DNA from: a virus
Reading direction: 5' to 3' (one strand)
DNA: 64,000 nt
Virus record (IMG/VR): IMGVR_UViG_3300043788_000114
Span: 64,001-128,000 of that record
Part shown: positions 45,715 to 57,155 of the stretch, one piece after another
Numbering within the stretch: position 1 is the stretch's first letter
How the letters are laid out: each line of letters opens with the position of its first letter
Position numbers and translations under genes: made by a program
The notes under the pieces: generated by a model
The model's database searches: none
Told to the model about the DNA's origin: nothing
The model's input: only the letters and a program-made list of their open reading frames with translations

Positions 45715-45966
45715 TCAACAGTCACGCCTGTTCTCCTTGATCGTCACGACGCGAAGATTCGCAGGACGATTGTCGTGAATATCCCCATTGATGTGATCGA
45801 TTGCGAGGCCTTTGTAAATGTGTCCTCCGACAAGTGCGAGCACGGCATCAGCGATGATCTCGCGTGCGTCGTCATCGTACAGGTCGGGATTCTGCAAGTA
45901 ATGCAGGCAGACGCGATTCAAGATCGCCAATCCTCGCTCGACTCGTGTGTTCATGGCGACTTCCAC
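45715..45966 (-). CDS. small HNH_3-motif protein
   Basis: IDHINGDIHDNRPANLR..EN. Confidence 0.7.
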   Translation of the reverse strand: MEVAMNTRVERGLAILNRVCLHYLQNPDLYDDDAREIIADAVLALVGGHIYKGLAIDHINGDIHDNRPANLRVVTIKENRRDC

Positions 45967-46412
45967 GCTACCATCCCCCCCGTATCACAGCGGCAGGATG
46001 CACGCTGGCGTTCGTGATGAACCCGTAGGGATTGCCTACTGTCTTCTCCGTGTGGTCCATCTCCACCGTGACCCGCTGTACCTTGAGCGGCTTAGGATTG
46101 GGCATGGGTTCGATGTTCAATTTGGTAAAGTCGATCTTCACTTCTCTTCTCCTTTTCGATTGGGTGCGTAGGGAATCGGAGCTTCTTGATGCACAATCTG
46201 ATGTATGGTGGCTGAACGCCCAGCAAGTGCGGCAGAGAACTGAGCTTCCAGACTCTCTAGGCTTACCTCCGCATGACAAGCCAAGAGCAATGTCTTCTCT
46301 TTACCCATCACGTAAAAGTGCTCACTCTCCCATTGCCGCAGAAGGTCACGCACGCGAGCGTCTACGTGCGCTTGGTCACCCTCGACTTTGAATATCACAA
46401 ATGCAGTCGTAC

Positions 46413-47633
46413 TCATTTGGTTGTCCCTTCAAGAGTCGCTTCTGCTTCGTCAAGAGCCTTGCGTAGCTCTTTCTTCGAGACGCGGCCCTCCCACACCTTG
46501 ATATGTTTGCCGCGCGACCACGATTCGCCTTGGCGAATAAGAGTGTGATCCGAGCGGCCATACTGGCTCAACTGCCCGTTCATAAAACGGTGACCGGGAA
46601 TCCGGAAGATGGCGAACTTCTCGCCACGCATCACCAGCTTGGTTATGCGGTGACAGCTAAGGCCGCTCGCGTATGCGTCGATCAATTCTTGGTCGGTAAG
46701 GTTACTCATCGTCTTCGTCCTTTCCCAAGAAGTCACGGCATCCCAGTGATCACTGACTGTTTCCAGTTGCTTCTTCTGGTTATCCTCTTCGTCCTTCCGC
46801 TCCTCATACGCTTCATCGTCGCGGATTTCGGCAACTTTGCCCCGTATCAGGTCGGACAGGACTCGCGGCTCCAGCGCATCAAGCTCCCAGCTATCATCCC
46901 CGTGTTGATCTTGGTACCCCTGAAAGCGGCTGTCTGTGGACTTGGCCGGGTTCGGCGGAGGATTGTACTGCTGAATCTGATCCATGTTGAGAGCGATGCG
47001 GGAGACTTCAAAGTGGGAATCCCCGAAACCCTCATAGTCCATGAACATGCGGATGCGATCCTCAATGTCGCGGCTCATGTCGATGCCTGAAGGATCGTGA
47101 TCCCCAAGGTGGATGATGTGCGTCTTCTGGCCTTTCTGGGCACGCTGAATGAAGCGCTGCGCCGCTTCCCACATTTCAGACTGGGAAACGTAACCGCGAC
47201 AGGAGAAGTATTCGACATCTAACTCATCACAGATACGCTTCACTACTCCGACAAGGGCATCTTTTTCGATCCACACTTCAGGCCGCACATCCTGCGTGTC
47301 CCACTTGTCGATGGCGTACTGATTGGCCACGGCCCGGATGATCTGCTCTGGAGAATCCCAGTGCGAGATAGATTTGACGTTGCGTGTCCGGTCTTCCAAC
47401 ATGCTCCAGTCGATCAACCCGGCAAGACGTCCATCGTTCACGATGGAGCCAAGCCGCTTATACTCGCTTTGCTTGTTGGGAATGATATCCCTAGATACAC
47501 ACTGATAATACAATTGGCGTAGTGTCAGCACGTACCCGGCAGCGGTGTACTCGCGGATGATCTGGTTGCACACGGCAATCAGGTCCAACGACTTCTGTCC
47601 CAGCTTGATGTCTTGATACTTGATCTTCGGCAT
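46413..47633 (-). CDS. TOPRIM (Topo VI-A/JetD-like) domain protein
   Basis: TLRQLYY, EVWIEKDAL, HLGDHDPSG, ELDAL. Confidence 0.85.
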   Translation of the reverse strand: MPKIKYQDIKLGQKSLDLIAVCNQIIREYTAAGYVLTLRQLYYQCVSRDIIPNKQSEYKRLGSIVNDGRLAGLIDWSMLEDRTRNVKSISHWDSPEQIIRAVANQYAIDKWDTQDVRPEVWIEKDALVGVVKRICDELDVEYFSCRGYVSQSEMWEAAQRFIQRAQKGQKTHIIHLGDHDPSGIDMSRDIEDRIRMFMDYEGFGDSHFEVSRIALNMDQIQQYNPPPNPAKSTDSRFQGYQDQHGDDSWELDALEPRVLSDLIRGKVAEIRDDEAYEERKDEEDNQKKQLETVSDHWDAVTSWERTKTMSNLTDQELIDAYASGLSCHRITKLVMRGEKFAIFRIPGHRFMNGQLSQYGRSDHTLIRQGESWSRGKHIKVWEGRVSKKELRKALDEAEATLEGTTK

Positions 47634-47644
47634 TGCTTTCTCCC

Positions 47645-49744
47645 TCAGTAATCCCTATCAGCGCACTCATCGTAGTTCTTGCACTTGCAGCGTTCGTCTG
47701 GTGTTGACCAAGTAGCGGTTTTCGCGCACCACCAAACGTGGTCACAGAGAACATTGTTATCCTGAGTCGGGAATCTCTCGCGGCAAACGGAACAATACTC
47801 CGTGTCGCTTTCGATGGCGTTCTGTTGGAGCCATTCGAGGAGATTCGATACGCCTTCCATGTCGAACGCTTTCGGCAGCTTCAGGAGCCGTCGCGTGCGG
47901 TTCCGCTCACGGATCGCTTTGGTACGCTTCCCACGCCACGGTGGCTTATCACGCGCATCAACCAGAGTGCATGGCGTTTCCTTCACCTTCATGTCGCCCC
48001 AGAGGAAATAGATACCACTCACTGTCGGCGTGTGGAATCCACTGCTCGAATTGTGGAAGATGTAGCCGTAGGTGTCGGACCAGTCCACGTCGTATCCATC
48101 GGCCCCGTAGTAAGTCTTCCCATCATGGCGAGAGATAGCCTCGGTGCGCGTGTAGAGCGAGAACAGTTTGAGCCGTCCGCCTGAGTCTTTGTGAAACTCA
48201 GCCGCAATTCCGATTACCTTTTCATCGCTCGACATTTGCTTTCTCCCGGTTGGTGCGTTATCAATCCTCAATCCCCATCAGTTGCAGGATAGTGACCTGA
48301 ATCTTGTGGTGCTTCGTGAACTCGCCTATATGCGAGAAAACTGTAACGCGATCCGGCGACAGAGAAAGTACAGAATCGTCCCTCGCTACCTTACATTGAT
48401 TCGCCCACATGATCGATCTCCCGGCACATTGCGCCTCTTTCTTCCCACTGGTCATGTGGCAGGGGATTTGAACATCGTTATTCGCAATTATCGCGAACTG
48501 CTTCGGGTCGTTCTTGCCAAGCCAACCGGGAAAACTGCGGCGGCGGAAAGGACACTCTTTGCACGGCTTGGTGTGTTGACGCATTGCATTCCCTCCCGGT
48601 TGTTCTGTCATCAGAGCAGGATCAACTTCCGCAGTCTCCACGTCACAAAAGCGGCGAGGAGACTAAAGCCGGAAGCGAACCCCACGATGAAACCCTGTAA
48701 CGTTGTCATGTCGTTGGCTCCTCACGCTGCGATAGGTAACTCGTCTTCATCCTCATCAGGCGGCGGAGTGAGCGCCCGGATATTGGCGCGCGCTTCCCGG
48801 AGCCGCTCTGCCAGTTTCCGCAGGGTGTCAACGTCTTCCGAACGCTCCCACTGCCACGGCACCCTATACGTCTTTCCCTTGGGACGCTTGGCGATGAACG
48901 AGTCAACCCAGTAGCCGCCGTCTTCGAGCGATGCCCACTCATGCCAGCGGGGAGGATAGAGAGCCTTGAATTCAGATTCCAGCTTCCCGATCTGGTAGAC
49001 AGCCGCCGCGTACTGCATGGCGTCTTTCTTGCGCCTGAGCACCGTCGTCTTCCCGATACAAGTCCGGCGACGGCGAGAGTAGATGCTGATACGCGGTTTC
49101 TCTTCATACTCCCGCTTCTCGGTTGTCATCGCTTTGACTTGCTCCCGCAACTTCGCCAGTTTCCAACGGATGACGGATGCCCGCTTGCGATTGAAGCGAT
49201 GGGAACGGAACTCGCTGTACTCCGCAATGACCCGCGCACGCGACTCCTCATCATCCGGAGTAATATCGGGGAAGACGCGAGACCTTGCCTGCGCAAGGAT
49301 TTGAGCTTCTTCCCGCTGGGCCGCTATCAGTTCCGCATTGCGCCGTCTCTCTTCTTTCTCCATTGCCTCTTTTAGCTTGAGAGCTTTGCGCTCGGCAGGA
49401 TTGAGGATGCCCTGAGAGATAACCTTGACGCGTTTTTCCCGTTCCTTATCGGCCCACTTGCTCAATTCCAGCCACACAAGATGGTTCCGCGTGTTAGTCA
49501 CAACGATCTTGCAGGATGTACGCACGCCGCCCTCAGCGATGCCCTTGATCTGAAGCCAGCGCCCGGAGTCACTGGTAGTGGAAGGGTTTGCGGTGATGAT
49601 CTTGACAGAGTGAACTTTCACGCCTTTGAGAGCGCCCTTCAGTAGCGAAGAGCGCACACAGGCCGGAGCGTGACCTTCGACTGGGATAGCGACAAACGGC
49701 GCGGTTCCCCGGAGAGCCGCTTCAACTGACTTGACGTATTGCAT
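47645..49744 (-). other. hypothetical genes (47645-48271; 48261-48641 with PCKECPFRR; 48722-49744)
   Basis: Minus-strand ORFs with SD sequences. Confidence 0.65.
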
Positions 49745-49753
49745 GGCTCTCCC

Positions 49754-50668
49754 TTATGCCGCTTGCGCGACAGGTGTTTCGTTGACAGCGAAGGACGCGA
49801 GTTTAAGAAGCAAGAGGCGGTTGACCGTCACACGATCCTTGCTCCCATCACTCAGGTCAGTCACAGCCACATCCTCAAGCAACTCCTGTACGACTGCAAG
49901 AATGGCCGGTGACGGCGGAGCCGGTTGCGCTTTGATGACTGGACGCCCAGCCGGACCGCGCTTGCCGCGCGCTTTGCGCTCGCTGGCAATAGCCTGAAGG
50001 GACTGCACGGCGGCAGAGCCGTTGACGCGCAAGTGCTCCAAAGCGAGCGATGGAGTCACGGCCTGCGAAGAGAGCATCTGCTTGACTTCGACCGGCGCAT
50101 CGGCAAGCGCCATTGCATCGACAATGAAGGTTGCCCGGTACCCAGTCTTTGTGGCGATTTGCTCATCGCTCCATCCGAAGTTGCGGAGCCGCTGAAAGGC
50201 AGTTCCCAGTTCCCACTTGGAGAGCGGTTTGCCAGTGTTTGCGGTGATTGATTTGAGGAGCCTGTCCGCTTCATTGCCGCCCGACACTTGCACAGTCGGG
50301 ACCGCCAAGATTTCAACACCTTCCGCAATCAACTCAAGGTTAGCTCTCAGGCGGCACTCGCCGTCTACGAGAATCGCGGACTTCGCCGCCACGTCGTAGC
50401 GTACAAGCAACGGCATCAGTGTGCCGTTCTCGCGGATGGAACGTTTCAGTTCATCCAAGTGCGCCCGGTTTTCTGGAAGGCTGTAATCGCGCGGATTATG
50501 ACCGTCTTCCACAACGATGATCCGGGGATCGATCATCGGCATATCGCGGGCTGATTCTTTCAGGTCTCGCAGCCGGTTGACTACGAGAGGTTTCTGCTCC
50601 GCTGATTCGGTAGACCCATTCTGCGCTCTCAGCTTTGCCAGTAAGTCAGCACTGGACTCGTATCGCAT
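49754..50668 (-). CDS. ParB/Srx-like protein
   Basis: NPR..LKRSI..G...PLLV..LVDGECRLRA; HTH. Confidence 0.88.
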   Translation of the reverse strand: MRYESSADLLAKLRAQNGSTESAEQKPLVVNRLRDLKESARDMPMIDPRIIVVEDGHNPRDYSLPENRAHLDELKRSIRENGTLMPLLVRYDVAAKSAILVDGECRLRANLELIAEGVEILAVPTVQVSGGNEADRLLKSITANTGKPLSKWELGTAFQRLRNFGWSDEQIATKTGYRATFIVDAMALADAPVEVKQMLSSQAVTPSLALEHLRVNGSAAVQSLQAIASERKARGKRGPAGRPVIKAQPAPPSPAILAVVQELLEDVAVTDLSDGSKDRVTVNRLLLLKLASFAVNETPVAQAA

Positions 50669-50705
50669 TGTCTTCACTCCCGCCGATAGATTCGGCATAT
50701 CCGAT

Positions 50706-50734
50706 ACTCTGCGCTTCTCACAGTATAATGTCAA
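50706..50734 (-). promoter_or_regulatory. promoter
   Basis: TTGACA-17bp-CAGAGT; near-copy of 56623-56651. Confidence 0.55.
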
Positions 50735-51054
50735 GTGTTATTTAACACCATACTGTTAATTACTAGGAAATCTTATCCCAGTTGATGTAGTGGGACTTGT
50801 GATCGAGGGAGCTTGCGGCAAAGATGCCAAACTCCAGAGGAGCCTCGCCGCGCCTCTCGACGGCGATAGGATTCAAACATGCGTAAGCTACTCTCCGGTG
50901 GAAGTTCCTTCCGATCCGCACGATGGGATAGGTTCTCACTTTGCCGGTCAGCTTCACGCGACTGCCAACCTGAAGCGATTCAAACGTGTCGTATGTCATC
51001 GGTCACCTATCAAGGAAAAGATTGAGGCAGGCGGGGAGCCTGCCCCGGTGTGTG

Positions 51055-51276
51055 CTACTTCTTTGCGGCCTTCGCCTTCTTGATTGCCGCCCAGCGTTTG
51101 CGTTGCGCCGCTACGATCCGCTTCTTGCCTGCGGCGCTCAGGTGCCGCTTCTTGGCCTTTGGCTTGGCCTTCGGTTTGGCGTGGTGGGTTGCGAAGATGG
51201 ATTCTACGTCCGCGCGCAGCTTCTTCAGTTTGGCAATCTCCGCGTCGATGAACTGCAAAAGGATATTGACCTTCAT
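51055..51276 (-). CDS. small basic protein
   Basis: IDAEIAKL...LSAAGKKRIVAAQRKRWA; family recalled from Acidobacteria. Confidence 0.75.
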   Translation of the reverse strand: MKVNILLQFIDAEIAKLKKLRADVESIFATHHAKPKAKPKAKKRHLSAAGKKRIVAAQRKRWAAIKKAKAAKK

Positions 51277-51322
51277 TCATTGCCCCCTCCCGGTGGGCTG
51301 GTTATGCTGCGTTGGTTGCGTA

Positions 51323-53164
51323 TCAACGGTCCAGTGCGACCATTGCGGTGGAAACGCTCGCGCCAGATTCGGCGGTGAGCGCAGGGGAAAACTCTTCGTG
51401 GATCGGGCAATGCTTGACGCCTGTGTGCTCGAAGATCGCGCGGCACAGTTCGCATTCAACCGCTTCCACTTCGTCAATCTCAGGGTCATTGCAATACTGG
51501 CAAACGCCGTTCACAAACCTGTGCCCGCTCCGGCATCGGTAGTCATCGGCTTGCATCCCGTCTGCGCGCTTCTTTGGGCGGTACTGCTGGGTGTCTTCGC
51601 CCAGCCACTTCTTACCGGCTGCGGCGGTCTTGTTGAATGCTTCCCACAAATCATCGCGCTTCCACTTCAGATGAACGGTGCCTTTCTTGAAGAAACGGCC
51701 TTCGAAGTATTCACTCTCAAACGTGAACCCTCCCCCGGAGCGCCCCTTTGCCTGTCTTGCCGCAACTGCCAGCGCGTCGCCAACCCTATAGCACTTATCG
51801 AACGGTTGACCGTCCAGCACGCAAAGGATGCGGTCAAGGTCCGAGTAGAGCCTCATCGCCTCCCAGCTTGAGTAAGTATCAAAGTCGCCCCACTTCGAAT
51901 CGTAGCGAACGCCGTAAGGAAAGATGAGTTTCTGATTGACCTTGTAATTGTCGTTCGTCTTCCATCCCTCGCCGTGGTTCCAGCGATTATTCTTGATGCT
52001 GTCAGGCATGGCAGGCCCGCACCCGTTCTCTACGGCATGGCCGCATAGCTCATCAAACACATTCGCCACGGACTCATCAAAGAGTTTTTTGCGAGACAGG
52101 AACACGTTTTCGAGTGTGGCTTTGATATTCTGCGCCGTAAACGGTATGGTGCTATCCCGTTCCACGTCGCGCATGAATCTCTCTTGCTGTTTCGAGTCCA
52201 GCCAACGGTTGAATTCCATTTGCTGAAAGACGCTCGTCCACGCCAGTCTCCGGTGACGGCGAAGGAATTCCGCACGGCAGGTTTGCACGTTAGACAATGC
52301 GAGCGAAAGGATTGTCTTAAAGTCATCGTCGCGGTTGCCGCCGTAGTCTTTGACTTTGTTTTGATCCATGTACAGCTTGGCTTTCCGGATATGTTCGATC
52401 CCAGCCGCCCAGTGCTGATTCGCCATATTGAACCAGTGCTCCATGTTTCCAAGGTTGTCACGGATGGCGAGCATGTTTGGGTCACCATCATACTCGACAC
52501 CGTAATGCTTCTCTTGGGTTGTTTCTTTCGCCCAGAGGTCCGGCGCATCATCGGCGGCAACTTTCTTGAGATACACCATTGCCACGTTGACAGAGGTCTT
52601 ATGCTCGGCGGATGAGAAACAATCGCCCAGATATTCAACACTGCCAAACTGCGCAATGATCTGAGTGAGCCGGAGCCGGTCCGCCGTGCAAGGATTCTTT
52701 ATCGTCTCCTCATTGAGCAGGCAGACAATCTCCCCGTTATGGAGAAAGTCCCACGCCTTCAGGAGATGCTTTGCGCCTTCACTGAAAGGTGGATTCATCA
52801 GTATGGCATCGTAGTACGACACGCCCTCATAGGTCAGCCAGTCGTAGCCTACAACGTCGTATTCCTTGCCGTGGAGTACCTGTATCAGCGCCGGATAGTT
52901 CTCTATCACGTCGATGTTGACGCGCCGGTCCTCATCAGACCATCGCCATGAGCTACGGTACTCGTGGCGGTCCTCCTTATCCTCTCGCGGGCATTCTTTT
53001 TCGTACTCCTCAAATGTGCATGGACGGCGTATCACATCCGCAATGTCACCCTTGCCCGCGCTCGGCTCAAGAAAATACTTCGCGTCTTTGTTCGTGATCT
53101 TCGCGTACATCTTGCGCGCCACGTGACGTGGAGTAGGATAAAAGTCTGGATTGTCGGCAAACAT
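51323..53164 (-). CDS. DUF4942 class I SAM-dependent methyltransferase
   Basis: DFYPTP, LEPSAGKG, MNPPF, FFKKGTVH. Confidence 0.9.
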   Translation of the reverse strand: MFADNPDFYPTPRHVARKMYAKITNKDAKYFLEPSAGKGDIADVIRRPCTFEEYEKECPREDKEDRHEYRSSWRWSDEDRRVNIDVIENYPALIQVLHGKEYDVVGYDWLTYEGVSYYDAILMNPPFSEGAKHLLKAWDFLHNGEIVCLLNEETIKNPCTADRLRLTQIIAQFGSVEYLGDCFSSAEHKTSVNVAMVYLKKVAADDAPDLWAKETTQEKHYGVEYDGDPNMLAIRDNLGNMEHWFNMANQHWAAGIEHIRKAKLYMDQNKVKDYGGNRDDDFKTILSLALSNVQTCRAEFLRRHRRLAWTSVFQQMEFNRWLDSKQQERFMRDVERDSTIPFTAQNIKATLENVFLSRKKLFDESVANVFDELCGHAVENGCGPAMPDSIKNNRWNHGEGWKTNDNYKVNQKLIFPYGVRYDSKWGDFDTYSSWEAMRLYSDLDRILCVLDGQPFDKCYRVGDALAVAARQAKGRSGGGFTFESEYFEGRFFKKGTVHLKWKRDDLWEAFNKTAAAGKKWLGEDTQQYRPKKRADGMQADDYRCRSGHRFVNGVCQYCNDPEIDEVEAVECELCRAIFEHTGVKHCPIHEEFSPALTAESGASVSTAMVALDR

Positions 53165-53193
53165 TTAGTCTCCTATCAGGCACTTTGAACGGT

Positions 53194-56100
53194 TTACCTC
53201 GCCGCCACAGGCATCGTCTTGCAGTAGACGGTAATCACATCCCCGTCACGTTCCGGCATGTGGACGCCCAGTTCGCCCTTGTCGCATGGCTGTGTCTGGA
53301 TGGAGATAGACCACTCCCCGGCCATGACTTGACGGTCCTGAATCTGAAAGTGGCTGTTTGGTGGAAAGACCCATCCAATGACCCCACCGATAATGAAACT
53401 GGCTACTGCTCCGATAGTGCCTATATATGTTTTCACGTGCTTTCCTCCCGGTTTGAATTTTTGTTCCGTATCACTGATTAGGTGTGTTGCCTATCCTTGT
53501 GCGCTCCTCGGCCTCGCGTAGAGTAGCGGCGCTGTATTGCCGTGTCTCCTCGGCGTCTGTCATATCGCGGTAGGAGTGAAACTTTCCTCGCGCATCGAAC
53601 CATGCCCGGTAGACGTGAAGCTTGCCATCGGCGCGGGTACGGTGTTTGTTGTGCCGCGCTGCGCAGGTGAGAGCCGCGCGCCACGTCTTATGCTTGTGCC
53701 CGCATCCCTCATGGCGCGTTGCCGCAAAGAAGTGGAGCCGGTAGGAAACAGACGGCGGCACAGTGCGCCGGACTTTCCCCGGAGTGAAGGTCTCTATCAC
53801 CCTCCCGTCCGCCTTGGAGTTCCTATAGTCGCCGTATGCGACGGCGCGGTAGGACTTCCCGTGCTTGGTTACGTACCACTCGCCGCCTTTGTAGAGAGCC
53901 GCGATACGCGCCTCCCGGATTGCTTCATTCTTGGTCATGGTGCCCTCCCGTTTTCAGATACCCATTGTCGCCAAGGAATCTTAGTTCCACTCCCGGCTTA
54001 CGATTAGCGTGCATCCAATCGACCATCTCCTGCACAGTCTTTTTCTCAGACCGTGCAACAAACTCCCCATGCTCGCCGTTCACCGTGGCCTGTACTGTGA
54101 CTCGTGCGGTCATCACTTGCCAGCCACAGCACGCAAGAATGCCTCTTGTGTCCTTTCCCTGATAGTGATTTCATGCTTAAGGTCGGATAAAGCGGTTGCG
54201 AATTGTCCTCTGGTCTCTCGATCTATTGCGCCTTTGCCCGGTTTGAAATACCAGTCCCATTCCTTGATAAAAGCTGTTGCCATGTTCGCGACGGATGCGC
54301 TTGCGCTGTCAAATTCCCGCAGCGCCTTGGCGACACGGTTAGCCCCTTCCGGCGATGTCATGCCTACCGGGGTTATGTCCACTGTGCCGGTGACAACTTC
54401 TCCGATGTGCTGCTCGTGCGCCGCTGCAACGATAATCGCGTCCATCTTGCGCTCTGTGCGGTCGATGAGTTTCTGAGTAAGATCGATATAGCCGCTGTAC
54501 TTCGCGTCTTCGTCCTCGCCATCCCAACGCGGGTTGATCCTGCGCACTCCGCTCTCAAAAGCATCGAAGCCGAATGTTTTTTTGAATTCCTCGCCACGGT
54601 TGCATAACCCATTGTTGTACAGGTCGTAGTAGCAATTGGACGCCACACGGTACTTCTCCAATGCTGGGTTGCTATCAGCGTTTTCGACTTCGCCGCTGGA
54701 CGGAACGAGTTTCCGGAGTTCCTTATCAAGCGCCTCATGCTTGCCCTTTTGACACCAATAGGTGTTGGCGTAGTCAGGCTTGCCGTCCGGAGGGACTTCA
54801 GTAATAGTGAGATTGGATTGTTCCACGGTGTTACCCCCTATCCGCGTATCAGGCCCACGGACGGGCAAGATTGTAAAAGCAACGTGCCGGTGTTTAGTGC
54901 GTGTCCCAGTGCTCCGGACGCGGATAGGTTGGCTTGCCCAGCGCTTCGCGGGCCGCATTCAATGCGTACCACAGAGCATCAGCGCGCATCCGTCCATCGT
55001 TCGGCCCAACAAACTTGGGAACCAATTCCCCGCAACAATCCGGGTCCGGCCACAGTGAAGCTATCTGCTCTAGCGCCGCGTGCATCACTTCTGCCTTGTC
55101 TCTCTTCGCCTTCAAAGCGATGGCCGCTTTGTTCTCTTCCGCCTCGCGGTCTTTCTCCCGTTGCGTTTCCTGTTTGGCTTTCTCCCACAGACCCTCGCGG
55201 TCCGCGATCTTGCGCGCTTCGGCAATCATGCGAGCGTTAGCTTTGGCGGACTGGCTGAGTTTGCGGGTTTGGAAGTACCCCGGACCCTTGTATTTCACAC
55301 TCTCAGGTGGGTTGCAAAACAATACCCGGTCCGGGCTGTTCGTCCAGATGTGGTAGCGCTTCCCTTTGTGCTCCCATGAAAGCGCCATAATCGATCCGTA
55401 CTCTCTGACTGTTACGTTTTCCATCTTTCCTCCCGGTGTCATTCGATCCCGGCCCATGGACGGGCAAGGATGGTTTCAAACTATCCGTACTCCCACGTAG
55501 CCGCCAGCGTCGTACTCCCGGCAGGCCTGCCAGAATTCAGCCATCGCGCTCTCGTAGAAGGGAACGAATTTATTCCCATCGGAGAACACTGCAAAGTAGG
55601 TTTCAGGGTCGATGCCGTCAAACTCACAGGCTTTCACCCAAAGCTGATGCGCAGTCGTGGCAATGCACGCGATGAACTTGCGGCCCTCTTTACGATCTTC
55701 CCTCGCTTTGTAGGGTGCCGTCCTCATTCGATCCCCGCCCGTCTCTTGGCATCCGCCAATGACGTTCCGTAGATGGTTCGCTTCTCTTCGTGCATCGTTG
55801 CCAGTCCCAGCGCGATTTCATGGTTTGGCGGAACGACTAGGACGTTGACGGTGTACGCTTTCATCCGCTCACTCAATGGTTTACATGGCGGATCGCTCTT
55901 GCATGACTCACGTTCGTAATGAACGTGGCCGTGCAGTTCGCCCACAGCGTTGGGTTCCATAAGACGTGCCGCTCCTCTTTGCCGTGCAGGAGCGACCACT
56001 CCCACACAGGTGTGTCCGGCGTTCATGTGATAATCGTGGTTCGCTTCGTCGGCAGTCGCGTAGGTTTCTTCTGATACGCGCTGATGGGTCAGGCAATCAA

Positions 56101-56622
56101 AGATACTGAATTGCCCTGCGCTGGGTTTGGCGTGCCGTGCCCGGTTGCGTGCGATTGCATCCTGTAGGCTCATGCTCCCGCCTCCAAGTGAATCGGGCAA
56201 TGATGCCGCCCGGTGACTCCCGCGATGGTACGGCAGTATTCACAAGACGGTGATTCATCGACACGGTAAAAGCGAGAATAGAGCGGTGATCCACCTTGCC
56301 GGATAACGTCTCTGGCAAAGTCGGCTTGCTCGGAGTGTTTCATCCCGTCGATCCCCAGCGCCTTTGCGGTGTAGTCGCCAAGGCCAAACATATAGCGCGT
56401 TCTGCCATCCTCTTGTTTTCCAGCCGTCACAAAGAACGTGCTCCCATTCGTCGGGTCCATTGCCGCAAAAGCAAACGGGATTCGCTCCCTATCAAGGAAC
56501 AGAATCCCGTTCGTCTTCACACGGTAGAATCCGGCGAAAGATTCTTGCTTCGCTTCGCCCTGATTCTTTGCGTATACCTTGCCTGCCAAGGTGAGCATTG
56601 GTTTTCCTCCCGGTTGATTCAT
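53194..56622 (-). other. run of small early-type hypothetical genes (53194-53436, 53471-53938, 53925-54116, 54113-54826, 54894-55424, 55476-55727, 55724-56200, 56170-56622)
   Basis: Coupled ORFs, several with CCGGGAGG SD. Confidence 0.65.
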
Positions 56623-56651
56623 ACTCTGCGCTTTTCACACTGTACTGTCAA
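56623..56651 (-). promoter_or_regulatory. promoter
   Basis: TTGACA-17bp-CAGAGT upstream of SD. Confidence 0.6.
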
Positions 56652-56681
56652 GTATAAAATCACAGTAAAGTGCGAAAAAGT

Positions 56682-57155
56682 TTATTTGGCTATCAGGGAC
56701 AGGATTCGTATAGCCTCTCCTGCCTGTTCCTTGGTTAGCCCGTAATCGGCTTGGGTCCGTATCAGGTGAGGTGACAGCGTGGCGTCGTGGGTCGGCTCCG
56801 GGGCAAGGATGACAAAGGATTCCACCTTGCCGAGTCCGGCCTCATAACTCCCCGGCGAGTCTGCCAATCCAAACCACCTAATAATAGAATTGGCAACGGA
56901 GATAGACGGGGATGGAGTAACGTCGACAACTTTCGCGGTGACTTCCCACTCTTTGAATTGGGCAACTAACCATCCAAGGCCCATGGACCGGAGCCCATCC
57001 GTTACGACTAGGCTCGCATTGGTTTGGGCCGCTATCAGGTTCAACGCGTGGACACACGGCGCAAAGGCTACGTGTTGCTTCTGTAGCAGCCGCGCCGTGT
57101 TCCGCGATACGCGGTTGATGAGCACGCCTTCGATGTCAAGGAATATGACTTTCAC
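56682..57155 (-). CDS. HAD-like (Swiss Army Knife RNA-repair type) protein, degenerate
   Basis: VIFLDIEGVL, DVTP, SFVIL, GLT. Confidence 0.75.
   Translation of the reverse strand: MKVIFLDIEGVLINRVSRNTARLLQKQHVAFAPCVHALNLIAAQTNASLVVTDGLRSMGLGWLVAQFKEWEVTAKVVDVTPSPSISVANSIIRWFGLADSPGSYEAGLGKVESFVILAPEPTHDATLSPHLIRTQADYGLTKEQAGEAIRILSLIAK

Noticed and set aside
44477-47633. DUF262 and JetD-like genes as intact GmrSD or Wadjet defence systems
   Set aside because: Partner genes or domains are absent; stand-alone copies are common in phages.
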